A stretch of DNA of 57,419 nt. It comes from Octopus bimaculoides (lineage: Eukaryota). The notes beneath the pieces were generated by a model. That model worked only from the letters and a program-made list of their open reading frames with translations. It was not told where the DNA came from and ran no database searches. Positions 1 through 13,661 of this stretch are shown piece after piece (the first letter of the stretch is position 1; each line of letters opens with the position of its first letter). The stretch lies in NCBI RefSeq assembly GCF_001194135.2, contig NC_068982.1:28223707-28281125 (forward strand). The letters are read 5' to 3'. The position numbers and the translations under genes were made by a program.

Positions 1-685
1 GATTCTATAAAACGTTTTAAAATTTTGTAAACAGAGAATTACTCACGTTTCTTGCTTAAATAAAAGAAATTTTATTTAACAAACTGTGACGCTAAAGACC
101 GAGGTTACCGTGGTCTTTTCGTAGGTTTTTCTTTCCACGGATAACCTCCCCATTTATTGGGAATTTTTTGTATTATTTCGTATTTTTTGTAAATACCCCA
201 AACGTTTTGCGATGTTTTTTTCATCGTTGTCCCCACTTTTGTTTTTTTTTCTGCTTTGTTTTCGACCCCCTCGAAAAGAAAAACTCTACATTTGTATTTT
301 GTCCCCTCTGTGTTGAGCCCTGTGTGGCTAATAAAGAAACCTATCTACATACATATATACATACAGAAAGACTACACTTTAGAATGACAAAATCACCTTT
401 ATTTGCTTATATTCGTTTCTGCTATAGGAAGCAGTGCACACAGCTGAATGCTTGTGTAGGTGATGAAAGTAGTATACATAACCCCTTTTCTTTGTCATTT
501 ATTCATTCTTTACTCCCCTGTCACTTTTCTCTAAAGAATAAGCATGTTGAAGTATAACAATATTATTATTATTTACGGCACCGTATAACAAAACCATTCA
601 CACCGAAAGCATATATAAAATGTTTGTTTACATAAAAAAAATACGAACTAATATAGTTCTTAAATATGAGAGCAAGAGGGAGGCT

Positions 686-774
686 AATTCACTGGTGTAA
701 TGGTAACACACTTAGTCGTGTTAACATTGGGATGCGGGTTCGAGTCCCACGCGGATACGAAAGTCTTTTTTTTT
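686..774 (+). pseudogene. tRNA-like element (pseudo-tRNA or tRNA-derived SINE head) followed by a T-run
   Basis: A-box TGGTGTAATGG (693-703); perfect D-stem GTGT/ACAC; T-loop GGTTCGAGTCC (737-747); acceptor stem 686-692/751-757 partly pairs; anticodon stem does not pair; T9 run at 766-774. Confidence 0.5.
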
Positions 775-946
775 GTGTCGACGGGCTTATATGCCTCGTT
801 ATTTGACTAAAACACCGGCATTATTATTTACAGGATTGTAAAATATGGCACCGTATGACAAAAACATTCGCACAGAAAGCAAACATATGATATACCTATC
901 TATATATATCATATACAACATATATTATCTATACACCCCCATGCAA

Positions 947-977
<31 letters not shown>

Positions 978-1270
978 TCATATCTATCTATTTCATATAC
1001 TTTACATACATACATGCATATACTTTGTTCGCCATTTTTCTATGAGACGTTGACCTAGCAGCTGCAGGCTAAATAAATGCAATATCAAATTAAAATGGAA
1101 ATATATGTAAGAAGAGTAAGAGTAAGAGAGTAAAAAGAAAACAGAAGTGTATTGTTCACTCTTGTTTTCTACAGTGACCGAAAGGGCCTGTTGTAGTAGA
1201 GAAGTATCTGTTGCAAAGCGCACACTAATTTTCACGCATACCAGGTTTGTTATTGTTGTGGGTCCACTGA

Positions 1271-1327
<57 letters not shown>

Positions 1328-1410
1328 CATACATACATACATATATACATATATATATGCATTTAAGCATATATATGTATATATACGTATACATATATAT
1401 CTGCATTTAA

Positions 1411-1452
<42 letters not shown>

Positions 1453-1541
1453 GTATAAATACATACACACACATACATATATACACACATATAAANNNNN
1501 NNNNNAAATGTATACATGCACACACACACACATACACACAT

Positions 1542-1574
<33 letters not shown>

Positions 1575-1962
1575 CGCATATATTCATACATATAAACGCA
1601 GATATATGATAAATGCTTTTATTTATCAAGAAAAATCGTAAAATATAAGCAATTTAAGAAACTCAATATTAAGTAAAGCTTACCAATATATTTTGTCTGG
1701 TTTGCTATGTATGTATGTAGGTATGTATGTATGTATGTGTGTGTGTATGTATGTATGTATGTGTGTATGTGTGTATGTATGTATGTATGTATGTATGTAT
1801 GTGTGTATGCATTTCCTCTTTCCATCTGTTTTCTCTCCTCATTTCTTTTTCTAGAAAGGTCAAAGACCTTCCCTTTTTTTCTGTGCGCCAAACTAATACA
1901 CCTTGTTTATTGTTCCCTCGACTGCCTCTCTTTTCTTTCTTGTTCTTTGCACAATTTTAAAC

Positions 1963-2004
<42 letters not shown>

Positions 2005-2339
2005 CGCGCGCGTGTATGAATATAAATTGATTCATACATGTCTGTATACGTATAAATACATATCTGTCTATAAATAGATACATGCATACATAATGCTGAA
2101 CGATGCATTCTAGAATAACATGTATTCATGCAAAGTCATGATTAACACGCTCGTGTGTAAAATTTTCCACTTATATTTCTGTACAAACACATTTTATTTT
2201 GTTCGTGGATGATGTCATTGGATCGTAGAAGACATGCCTTCCTACTTCGTTCCGCTTCGTTAGTTACGGAAATCAACCCTATTGCTCATAGCCCGATAAG
2301 AATAGAATTTATCCATATATTCATATATTCCAAATATCA

Positions 2340-2800
2340 GCTTAACATTGACAAAGCTATTTTACACTCTATATTCCTTCCAACGTCGCTGTGAGCGCTA
2401 TTACATTTGTATAATGTGGAAAATATTCTATCAACGTTACGCAAATGAAGTTGGCATCAACTTTAAAATTCATCGAAGTCTTGGTCCATGAGCCATCCGT
2501 CCTTTACAAAAATCCTCTCGCACCACATCACAGAAGAACTACTGAAATTGCTCTCATCATGTCAAGGAACATAAGCGAAGAAAGAGATCTTACAACATTC
2601 GAAAAGTTTCTGAACGAATTCCTCAAGCAAACTCAAGATAAACCACCTACATCCAGATATATCTTTGCAAACAATCGAATGGGCTATAGTGTCCAAAGTA
2701 TGACCGTAACATGAAACACGATTAAATGTCTGTTTTCTCTAGGCGGTATTATTAAGCTCGCCATGGCTTCAGCCAGTTCTGGACGAAACCTAAGTATAAT
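2340..2800 (+). mobile_element. Decayed 3' end of a CR1/L2-group LINE (ORF2 C-terminus)
   Basis: From 2369 translates LYSFQRRCERYYICIMWKIFYQRYANEVGINFKIHRSLGP*. After a frameshift it reads RNISEERDLTTFEKFLNEFLKQTQDKPPTSRYIFANN. These match the LYSLQRRRERY..IYMWKI and FKxxLDxFLxxIPDxP motifs at the end of these ORF2 proteins. Confidence 0.7.
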
Positions 2801-3879
2801 AATTCTTTTAAAATTTAATTGAAATGGAGGCAATAATTTTCAAAAGAGATGTAACACCGAAAAGGATTAGAAATAGTTACATATGGAGAACATTCTTCGA
2901 GGCTTCGTGTCTTAACTACGTAGGAAATTATATACGTTTGCTAAGTTTGCTTAAGTTAAATATGTTTGCTTAAGTTACGTTAAATAGGCTTTCTAAAATT
3001 GAGTTTCGCGTAGATGGTAGAAAGTTAACGAAACGTATTTTATTTCCTCTGCTGTTGAGATGTTTCCAAGCTTAACGAATTTATTCTTTATTTATTCTTT
3101 ATTTTCTTTTTCTGTACCCCTCTCTCTCTCTCTCTCTCTNNNNNNNNNNNNNNNNNNNNNNNNNNNNNNNNNNNNNNNNNNNNNNNNNNNNNNNNNNNNN
3201 NNNNNNNNNNNNNNNNNNNNNNNNNNNNNNNNNNNNNNNNNNNNNNNNNNNNNNNNNNNNNNNNNNNNNNNNNNNNNNNNNNNNNNNNNNNNNNNNNNNN
3301 NNNNNNNNNNNNNNNNNNNNNNNNNNNNNNNNNNNNNNNNNNNNNNNNNNNNNNNNNNNNNNNNNNNNNNNNNNNNNNNNNNNNNNNNNNNNNNNNNNNN
3401 NNNNNNNNNNATATATATATATGCATACATACCTACTTACCTATATATATATATATATATATTTATCTATACACACCCACACACACATAGACACACCCAC
3501 ACATACACACAAAATGACACGCCATCTTTTCTTTATTTAATCCGTTAGAATGCAATTTTTAAAACTCATCGTTCTTGACAGCAAACTCTTATTCAATTCC
3601 AGATTACTTTAACCTATCTCCTTTCTTCTCGTTTCCACGCTGTTTGTTTCTAATTAACTAATCGGTAATCTCTTAAATGAATTTATTATTTAACCCACAT
3701 AAACACAGAAGCACACAAGCACAGGGGCACACTTATGTACAGATGATGCTAAATGTTTAACTGAAAACATTTGAACACAGACGCCCAAATATACAAATAT
3801 TAGTGAGCTAAATTTTGAACTCATATTCATACACGCATACACACACATACAAATGTGCATACACACACATACAAATGTG

Positions 3880-3937
<58 letters not shown>

Positions 3938-4215
3938 NNNNNNNNNNNNNNNNNNNNNNNNNNNNNNNNNNNNNNNNNNNNNNNNNNNNNNNNNNNNNNN
4001 NNNNNNNNNNNNNNNNNNNNNNNNNNNNNNNNNNNNNNNNNNNNNNNNNNNNNNNNNNNNNNNNNNNNNNNNNNNNNNNNNNNNNNNNNNNNNNNNNNNN
4101 NNNNNNNNNNNNNNNNNNNNNNNNNNNNNNNNNNNNNNNNNNNNNNNNNNNNNNNNNNNNNNNNNNNNNNNNNNNNNNNNNNNNNNNNNNNNNNNNNNNN
4201 NNNNNNNNNNNNNNN

Positions 4216-4265
<50 letters not shown>

Positions 4266-5384
4266 TCATGTATATATATGTATATATATATATATACATA
4301 CATACATGTATATATGTATATATATGTGTGTGTGTGTGTATGTTTGTATATGTGTTTGCGTTTGTATATATAAATACAAATGTATGTATATATATATAGC
4401 ACACACAAAAATGCTCTGCCCTCACCCACACAATTACAAACACACTCATCCACGCGATATATCTAACACACTAATGAACGTAATGGCACGTACATACGTG
4501 AATGTACAGATGTTATTTGCTAACAGTTATTAAGATTATTTGAAATGAAAGATAAACAAAAATATGTAGAGTAATTGAATTGACGCAAGATTACATTCGT
4601 ACAGAGATTACGCGACCTTTTCTTTCAAAGACAATAAGCCTATTTGTGGATATAGTTTTATGTTTTAGCATGGGTTTGGGTGAGTTTTAAAGAGGCCTTG
4701 TCGATGATATGATTTCATGAGCTATTTCCTTTTGCAGAGAGGAAGAAGATAAGTTAAAAAATTGAAGTAAAGAAGCAGACAGGAATCGTATTTAAGATAT
4801 GTTTGTGAGAAACGACGCTATTTCTTATTAAGATATATTTAGACTTGACAAAGAAAAACCCCTTCAATTCAAATTGGTTGATTACTGCCTTCTTGTTTTA
4901 GATATTCTTCAGAGATCAAGCTGTTTGTTTCTATTGTGTTTTTTTTCATTATAAGATAGAACTTACATTTAAGTAAAAAATTTAATCTCTTACAAGGTAT
5001 CTTTCATTTGAAATAATAAGGAAAATTTGGAAATATGATTTTATTTCATTTTTAACATTTCAGAGACCCTAACAATTTTATGAAATTAAGTAGAAAGTCT
5101 ACAACTGAGACTTGATATTTTGTCAAACTCTTGTAGTTTGTAGTCGTATTAACATACTTATAACAAGTAATGAGTTGTCATCAACATATAAAGCAACGGA
5201 TTATTTTAAATTGGTACTTTGTAGAACTTTATAGCAATATTTTTGATGCACTAATTCCTACTACAAAAATTTGTGAAGGCTAGTTTTTTCGCCCTTTCCT
5301 ATAAAGTTATGGGTGACGGATGTCCTTCTTCAGATGACTATAGCATAAAATATCTTGGTTCATAGTAATTTCTAACATAGGCTC

Positions 5385-5510
5385 AAGGTACATATATTAT
5401 TTTTAGCGGAAAAGATGAGTCGCCCCCACTGCTTCAGTGTTACTTTATTTTATCAGTTTGAAGAATGAAATGCAATTTTGACTTCATTGGGCTTTGAAAC
5501 TTTGAACATA
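5385..5510 (-). mobile_element. Degenerate copy of tRNA-derived SINE family A
   Basis: Weak similarity to the better copies at 24528 and 32268 (tttattttatc...gaatgaaatgcaattttgac...tttgaaac). Confidence 0.45.
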
Positions 5511-6131
5511 AGAAGTGTATTAAACTGTTTTAATTTCAACACATGATCTTCGATCAAGATTCCTCACAACTAGACAAATCAAAATAATCTGATATGTTTT
5601 ATCTTTAAAAATTAGAAAAAACAAAAAAACAAAAACAAAAACAGAAGGGCAATATGCGTTAAACTGTTGTCTTTACATTAAAAAATTCCCTGCAAAATAT
5701 ATATCCTCTTCTTCCTGTGATCCCTACTCTAATATTGTGCTACTCTGAGGTTATAATCCAGAATTTATACACCAGGATTGTTGAGTTACAAATATATTGC
5801 GACTCTTTTCTTATCAAACGTTTTATAATCTTAAAAGTTTCGATCTGTCGGACATAATTACTATATTTTGGTACTTATTCGTAGATTCTAGTCGCATTTC
5901 TTTAAATTATTGCTCATGTTTAGTTTTGTTTAATTTTTCAGAGATTTAAAATTGCCAAAATGTTTTTTTTACCTAAAGTTTTTTTACTCGATATCAACAT
6001 TCGAAGAGTTACCTTATAATTTTAGTAAAATTCACATGCTAATATTCTTATTGGATATATAGATATAGATAGTGTCATACTTTTTAATCTGCAGAAAATG
6101 AGCTTATATATCATTACATATATTATCCTAT

Positions 6132-6325
6132 AGTTGGTATGCTGGTATAAGCGTTAGTACGCTGGACAAAATACTTACTGAATTCAAATTCCGCCGATGT
6201 CAACTTATTCATTTAACCCTTTTGTAGTTGATGAAAGAAGTACAAATCGAGTACTGGGGCCGATCTAATCGACAATCTCTCTCCCCTAAAATTTCAGGTT
6301 TTGTGCCTATAGTAGAAAGGATTAT
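6132..6325 (+). mobile_element. tRNA-derived SINE family A
   Basis: B-box-like GAATTCAAATTCC, shared body gagtactggggccgatctaatcgac, and tail gtgcctatagtagaaaggattat; homologous to the reverse complement of 32268-32473. Confidence 0.7.
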
Positions 6326-6906
6326 AATGGCAACTATAAAATATAAATTATAGCGTTAGTAGAAACCTAAAAGATATAAATTATAACGTTAGTAGAAACC
6401 TAAAAGAAATACACATTTTCTTTTAGGTTAAGCTATTCTACTAACATTTCAAAATATCATTGAAATATAAATATTTCAAAAAGGAGTTGGCTTAGCTAAA
6501 GATTAATCTGGATTAATTTCTTATTACTTTCTGCATTTTTCTTCAAATAATTTGTTTACAAATTAATATTTACTATGAGAATTTCGCAATCTTTAAAATC
6601 CGTCTAACATACTTAGTTATTTCATAAAGTATATAATGAGAATACTAGAAACTGTACCCTTCTATTTTGAATGTAAATGAACAGCTTTGACATATCTGGG
6701 AAGCTGGAGGCATACCATTCTGAGAACGTAGAGATTTAATTAAACAAGTTGAATGACAAAACTGAAGTATGGGATTTGGGGAAAAAGAGGCAAGGTTACT
6801 CATCTCCCCAATTCCAGCATAAGCAACAAATAATTTAATGTAAACTAAATCGTTTCACAAATAAATACAGCCAGAAATGGTAAAATAATATATGAAAAGT
6901 AAAAGA

Positions 6907-6952
<46 letters not shown>

Positions 6953-9009
6953 GCGGCGGTAGTATTAATTGAAACAGAAGAAAGAAGTAGAGATTGAAAG
7001 AATGAAGTCTTATGTTAAACAATTGGATGGCTACGTCGGCAGACACTCTTCATTTTTTTCCTAAAAAAGATGGCATACCCGAGGGAGTATCTGCTTTACT
7101 CGTAAGACTAAGCTGTGATAACAAACTGTTAACGGTAAAATAACTATGATGGAATCAAGAAAGCATCAGACCAGTGGGAAGATTTTTAGTTAATAGTTGT
7201 TTGTTTAGATTCTGTTAGCAATCCCTTTGTGCAGGATAACATGATTCCATCCATATGGTTCTAAGTAATAAAAACAGGAAATACTGAAACCACCTTAGTT
7301 ATTCCATGTTCATTTCAAAGCTATATTTGAAAACGCTACTTAATGTGTTTGAAAATGCTGGATTTTGTCCTTTTCATGTTTCCTTTCGCTTGTAGATCTT
7401 CGTTAACTCTTCACCTATAGATGTATATAAAATCTATTTTATTTGAGTTTTTCATTTTTCTAGGTACGCAAACATATGTTTGCATATATATATATATATA
7501 AGANNNNNNNNNNNNNNNNNNNNNNNNNNNNNNNNNNNNNNNNNNNNNNNNNNNNNNNNNNNNNNNNNNNNNNNNNNNNNNNNNNNNNNNNNNNNNNNNN
7601 NNNNNNNNNNNNNNNNNNNNNNNNNNNNNNNNNNNNNNNNNNNNNNNNNNNNNNNNNNNNNNNNNNNNNNNNNNNNNNNNNNNNNNNNNNNNNNNNNNNN
7701 NNNNNNNNNNNNNNNNNNNNNNNNNNNNNNNNNNNNNNNNNNNNNNNNNNNNNNNNNNNNNNNNNNNNNNNNNNNNNNNNNNNNNNNNNNNNNNNNNNNN
7801 NNNNNNNNNNNNNNNNNNNNNNNNNNNNNNNNNNNNNNNNNNNNNNNNNNNNNNNNNNNNNNNNNNNNNNNNNNNNNNNNNNNNNNNNNNNNNNNNNNNN
7901 NNNNNNNNNNNNNNNNNNNNNNNNNNNNNNNNNNNNNNNNNNNNNNNNNNNNNNNNNNNNNNNNNNNNNNNNNNNNNNNNNNNNNNNNNNNNNNNNNNNN
8001 NNNNNNNNNNNNNNNNNNNNNNNNNNNNNNNNNNNNNNNNNNNNNNNNNNNNNNNNNNNNNNNNNNNNNNNNNNNNNNNNNNNNNNNNNNNNNNNNNNNN
8101 NNNNNNNNNNNNNNNNNNNNNNNNNNNNNNNNNNNNNNNNTATATTAAGGGCATTACTATACATAAATGCCCTTAATATAAATAAATATATTTAATATAT
8201 TTATAGGGAATAATTAATAAAATTTTTCCTTATGAGGTTTTTCACGCTAACTACTTGATAAATTCTTATAAAGATTTTATCCTGTATTTAAATTATATAT
8301 ATGTATGTGTATGTGTGTGTGTATGTGTGTGTGTGATTTTTAAACGCACCAAGAATCTCTCAGTGCATATACACTCCTTTGTGGTTGTCGGCGGTGCCGC
8401 TACCACGCTGAACAATCAGCAGACATAGGAACTACATCTATGTAATCAATTAAGCCTGTGGACACGCTCAACAGCACCACATTAGAAAAATCTACATGGA
8501 GGAAATGACGTTGCAAGGGGGTAGGATTGGCAAGGAAGCGCTTGAAAACAACACTGTCATGTGATATTTCGGCTTGGAATCAATAGTCATTGCTCAACTA
8601 TACACTCCTTCGTGTAAACAGCATGCGACTATTGTAAGAACAACTTGTTTCCCAAACGAAAACAATTCTGCATGCGGCGTCCGGGGGCACGTAAGATCAT
8701 ATTAAGGAGACCATAAATTGGTAGGTTAATGTACACGCGATATTTCAGTTTTTAATCAATAGCTGAAAAATATTTGTATGGGTTTCGTCTATGCTTTGAT
8801 GGAAGACTTTGATACTGAAGAAAATACTTGGAGAAAATAGTTGAATAGTTGCTCAGGATTTAACATATTTTAGCATATTTGTCATAATAAACATAAAGCG
8901 TTCCAAACGATTTTTTATTTCAACAAATTACTACCCATGGTACTACGGGAACAGGCTATTATTGCTACCACTTAGACAAAGCAATTTGAAGTCTACATCC
9001 GTTCATCAT

Positions 9010-9362
9010 TGTAATACAACCAACTTATATCATTCCAGTAGCTGTTTTTTCCAGTTTGAACAGAAGCAATGCGTGGACCATGCGGGCAGTCGTATGTAAA
9101 GGGGATTTTCACTATGTGAAAGGTTTTAAGAGTGTAAAACTATCTGTAAGTAATTTATGTTCCCAGTTTGAAGAAAACCAGTTGCGAATTATAGAAGTTC
9201 TGCGGGTTTACACACAGAACTTCTGTGCGTGTCTGTAAACACACACAGACACAGACACAGACATAGACACACACAGGTAAATTCACACACACTGACACAC
9301 ACAGACACAGACACACACAGACACAAACACACACACACGCACACGTCCTCAGTTTTATATCT
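9010..9362 (-). mobile_element. Helitron-like non-autonomous element, 5' portion
   Basis: Shares ttttaagagtgtaaaac...tatgttcccagtttg.agaaaa.cagttg...agaag.tctgcgggttta-(CA-rich)-tcctcagttttat with 10870-11050. On the minus strand it reads ATA..AAAACTGAGGA then a microsatellite, like Lep1-type Helitron 5' ends (class inferred). Confidence 0.5.
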
Positions 9363-10722
9363 ATGTCTATGCTCGGCCAAACTGCTGGATCAGTCTGTAC
9401 CAAATCTGGCATGAAGGTTTTTCATTACTCGGGGAAGGTTCTAGGCGGGGAGGGGGGCAAATTTTGGCCCTTACCTATACAAGGAGCTGTAGGCCTCATA
9501 TACGAACCTTCCGATTCTTTTTTCAGCGGTATAATATTGTTTCACTATTGATAGCACTATAATATTGTTTCCCTTTTATTCTTTCCCTAATTGTTTCAAT
9601 TTTATCCCTCACTTTTGACTTCCGAGTTTTTTTTTCAGTGGTATAATAGTCTCAATTTTAATCTTTCACTTTTGATAAGACTATAATATTGTTTATACTA
9701 CATACAACTGCTTACAAACATAGAGATTAATGTATAATTCTTTTTATGTTCATAATTTTTTATTTACAATATTGAAAGATGCTACCAAAGAAAAGGTGTA
9801 ATCTCTCCAGGAACAGCTATAAAGCAAGGAGGATTGTAGAAAACCGAAGACGAGAGTCTCAAGACAGATAGGAGTTGAGACTTTCTCAAGATCAGCAAAC
9901 ACATGCTACAGCACGTCAAATGCAGTCTCAAGAAAGAAGGGAAATGAAACTTTCTCAAGATCAGCTAATGCATGCTGCAGCACGTCAAATGGAGTCTCAA
10001 GAGAGAAGGGAGATGAGACTTTCCCAAGATCTGCAAAGGCATGCTGCAGCACGTCAAATGGAGTCTCAATAAAGAAGGGAAATGAGACTTACCTAAAATT
10101 TCCAAGTGAAACTAATGGCATGCGCTGCTCAAGCGGTAAGGTAAGATTGCCAGCACTGCCAGCCCCTCCTCAATCTCTTATAGATCTTCTGGAAGGCACT
10201 TCAATCCAGACAAAGGATTTTCTAAACAATATCAGACAATACAACCCTGCATTTCAAATGGCATCGTTTGGTGCATCTAAGGAGATAGTTGAACAGAGAT
10301 TTACGTCAACGTTCAAAGTTCAAGGGCAGGTCTATCACCTCATTACTTCCTTGTTACCCACAAATGAACAACTACACTTCCTTCAAATTTACTTCGTGAG
10401 TGATGTAGGACAACAAAACCGAAGGAGGTGTCAAAACTTCAGACGATCGGTCGTGTTAGACGCAGCGCCGACTGCCACAAAGGAGAGTATATCCACTGAC
10501 AGCTTTTCGGTGCGTTGAAAAATCACACAATTTCTATGACAGGTTAGGGCCTGGAAGACTCCAAACAGAGGCATGGCATGTCGCTTAATCGAATTAGCCC
10601 ATAATTTAGTCCGCAAATGTTTTGTCGTCAATGCTGCACTTTCCCGTGTCACCTGTTTCAACATAACTGTAACATATATTCAGACTATACTAATCCTGAG
10701 CAAAACCGGGTATCTATGCTAG
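9359..10722 (+). mobile_element. Internally deleted Helitron with Rep-helicase N-terminal coding remnant
   Basis: ORF 10120-10518 reads CSSGKVRLP...FLNNIRQYNPAFQMASFGA...TFKVQGQVYHLITSLLP...FLQIYF, the conserved block upstream of the Helitron Rep domain. The 3' end has a degenerate hairpin (cctgagcaaaaccggg) then CTAG at 10719-10722 followed by T. Confidence 0.85.
9875..10090 (+). repeat. 69-bp (23-aa) coding tandem repeat, 3+ copies, within the Helitron
   Basis: MRLSQDQQTHATARQMQSQERRE / MKLSQDQLMHAAARQMESQERRE / MRLSQDLQRHAAARQMESQ*RRE; premature TAA at 10070-10072. Confidence 0.85.
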
Positions 10723-11050
10723 TATATATATATCAATAGAGGTAGAGAAAGTAACATAAGTACGTCATCAAGAGTAATGTCACTTGAACCAACAAAAGCA
10801 ACCAAGTTATGCGATCGTTCGTATTGTTTACACAGGAGATGGGGTTTTCTGCCCCCATTACTCATTATATGAAAAATTTTAAGAGTGTAAAACCATTCCT
10901 GGAACATAAGTAATGTATGTTCCCAGTTTGGAGAAAATCAGTTGTGAACGTCAGAAGATCTGCGGGTTTAACCCACCCCCACAAACATACACACACATAC
11001 TCACACACACTTACACACACACAGATCCTCAGTTTTATTTATATATATAT
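10723..11050 (-). mobile_element. Second Helitron-like non-autonomous element
   Basis: Direct-orientation homology to 9110-9362; begins immediately after the CTAG end of the central Helitron. Confidence 0.5.
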
Positions 11051-11206
11051 GTATATACACAGACATACATATACACATACAAATAAGTATATGTATATAC
11101 AGTTAGAAACTGAATATGTGAATTACCTACGTGCATTTTTTAATGGCTCGCTGTTTCTTATCTCTTTTCCTCCGTTCTGTCTGTTCTTCTATGAAGTTCT
11201 CTCTGT

Positions 11207-11241
11207 GTATCCGACGAAAGACTATGTCCGAAACGTTATAC
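11207..11241 (+). ncRNA. Degenerate minimal hammerhead ribozyme-like motif
   Basis: GTAT-CCGACGA-A-AGAC tat GTCC-GAAA-CGTT-ATAC. Stem I GTAT/ATAC pairs over 4 bp; core has U4C; the G10.1-C11.1 pair is lost. Confidence 0.5.
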
Positions 11242-11398
11242 TTTTACCCTATAACTTCTACTTTACAAGTTTTTTCCTTCTTTGAGCTTCAGGTCAATAA
11301 TGTTAACTGTGAGAGCTCGGACTTTTGTTTGCTTTTTGAATTTGATTTGGTCTTTTGTCATTGATTTACCCTCTCTCTAAATGCGCGCGCACACACAT

Positions 11399-11476
<78 letters not shown>

Positions 11477-12389
11477 GTACATAGAAACATACGCAGCGGT
11501 ATATATAAGTAAATGTATAATAATACATGAAATTAAATGTGCGTATATATGTTCCAAGTTTTAGGCTATTGTTTTGTACCTAGGTAACTAAAAATTTGCA
11601 CAGGGGCACGCCTTTGCAAGTTCACGGCTTCACGACCATCCTTGAAATTGTGTATTAGCTAAGCTTCAAACACCGCCCCCCCCGACAAATAAACTCCAAA
11701 AAACCAAAACCAAAACAATACAAAAAGCAACAATAAACAAACAAGCAAACCAGAGTACTTATATACTGAGGTACTGCAAAAGACATTTGAAAAGTTACTG
11801 ATAACAAAAATAAATCATTTTGTATAATTATGTAAATTAATACAACATAAAAAAGAAACAGAACACACAAAAACAAGCCATGCTATTCCAGAAAATTTGA
11901 AAATGTCCGAGTAAGGTTTTGTGATCTATATTTGTTTATTTTTTTGCGCCTTTCTATGAAGCTCAATGCAAAAGATCTCCTAGTGTGCTGGATGTAATTA
12001 TTCTGAGTGAAGCAACATTCCTGGACGAAGAATAGATGCGGCTTCTTTTATTTGAAGTATAAATAAACCTTGGTTAGGTCAGACACATGGGTAGTATATA
12101 TATATATATATATATATATATATNNNNNNNNNNNNNNNNNNNNNNNNNNNNNNNNNNNNNNNNNNNNNNNNNNNNNNNNNNNNNNNNNNNNNNNNNNNNN
12201 NNNNNNNNNNNNNNNNNNNNNNNNNNNNNNNNNNNNNNNNNNNNNNNNNNNNNNNNNNNNNNNNNNNNNNNNTATATATGTATATATATATATATATATA
12301 TACACATACAATAAACATACATCATACATACATGCATATATGCTGCACATACATGATACATACATACATACATACATACATATAGTGAA

Positions 12390-12670
12390 TGCGCATGGCT
12401 CAGTCGTTAGAACGTTGGGGTTACAATCGTGAGGTTGTGAGCTTGATTGCTTTGTATTCTTGAGCAAGGCACTATATTATATGTTTCTCCAGTTCACCCA
12501 GCAGTAGAAATGAGTTGTGACGTCAGTGGTGTAAAGCTGTATCGGCCCTTACATTTACTTTTGATAACATCGGTGGAGTAGAGAGGAGACTGGTATGTAT
12601 AGGCGACGGCTGATCCTCACCAGACAATCTTTCTCGGACATGTGCAACTCCAAGGTCATTCATGACTTCT
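12390..12670 (+). mobile_element. tRNA-derived SINE family C with CORE-like domain
   Basis: Head gcatggctcagtcgttag; CORE-like tgtattcttgagcaaggcact...ctccagttcacccagc; homologous to 45553-45760. Confidence 0.65.
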
Positions 12671-13071
12671 GAGAACAACCACCCGTTTGTTACACTTTTT
12701 TCTTGTCCTTGTTCAAAGACAACATTTTGATATTTTTCGTAACCTCATTCTGTGTCTTGCCCGTTTTAGCTTTAATAGCTAATTTTCCGTTTAATTTTGT
12801 ACGCTTGTTGCTGTGTTGCGTTGACACGAAAACTTAGGCGCACTGAAGCGAGTGTGAAATTCTGTTGATTAATGCACCAAGATTGCCTTGACACTCAACA
12901 ACAGCTCATGATAGAATTGGTGATCTTCTTCGTATTTTGTCCAGTGTATTTGAACCATTGTTCGTACTTTATTTTTGTTACAATCACAGACGCACTCGCA
13001 CATACATGCACACATACATACACAAACAAGCACGCACGCACGTGCACACACATATATGTGTATATATATAC

Positions 13072-13122
<51 letters not shown>

Positions 13123-13481
13123 CACACATACATATATATGGCTGATTTAGCGAAATGCTAATGTGTTCCTACACACACACACACGCACACACACACACAC
13201 GCACGCACACACAAATACACACACAAGCACACACACACATACATACTTACATACACACGTACACATATATATGTCTGTATGTATATCTGTATATCTTAGT
13301 GTGCATGTGAATGTGTATGTATAATTTGTATGTGCATTTGCAAATGTGTAAATATATATGTAAGTATATATACATAAATATACTTACATATATAAACATA
13401 TACTTATTTACATACATATGCTCATATACATTTGAATATTCATATAAATTTTAAAAGTATATTTATGTATGGGTATATATG

Positions 13482-13570
<89 letters not shown>

Positions 13571-13661
13571 ACATACATAAATATATATATATATATATAT
13601 ATATGTGTGTATGTCTATGTGTATGGATATATATACGCACATATATTTATGCATAAACATA

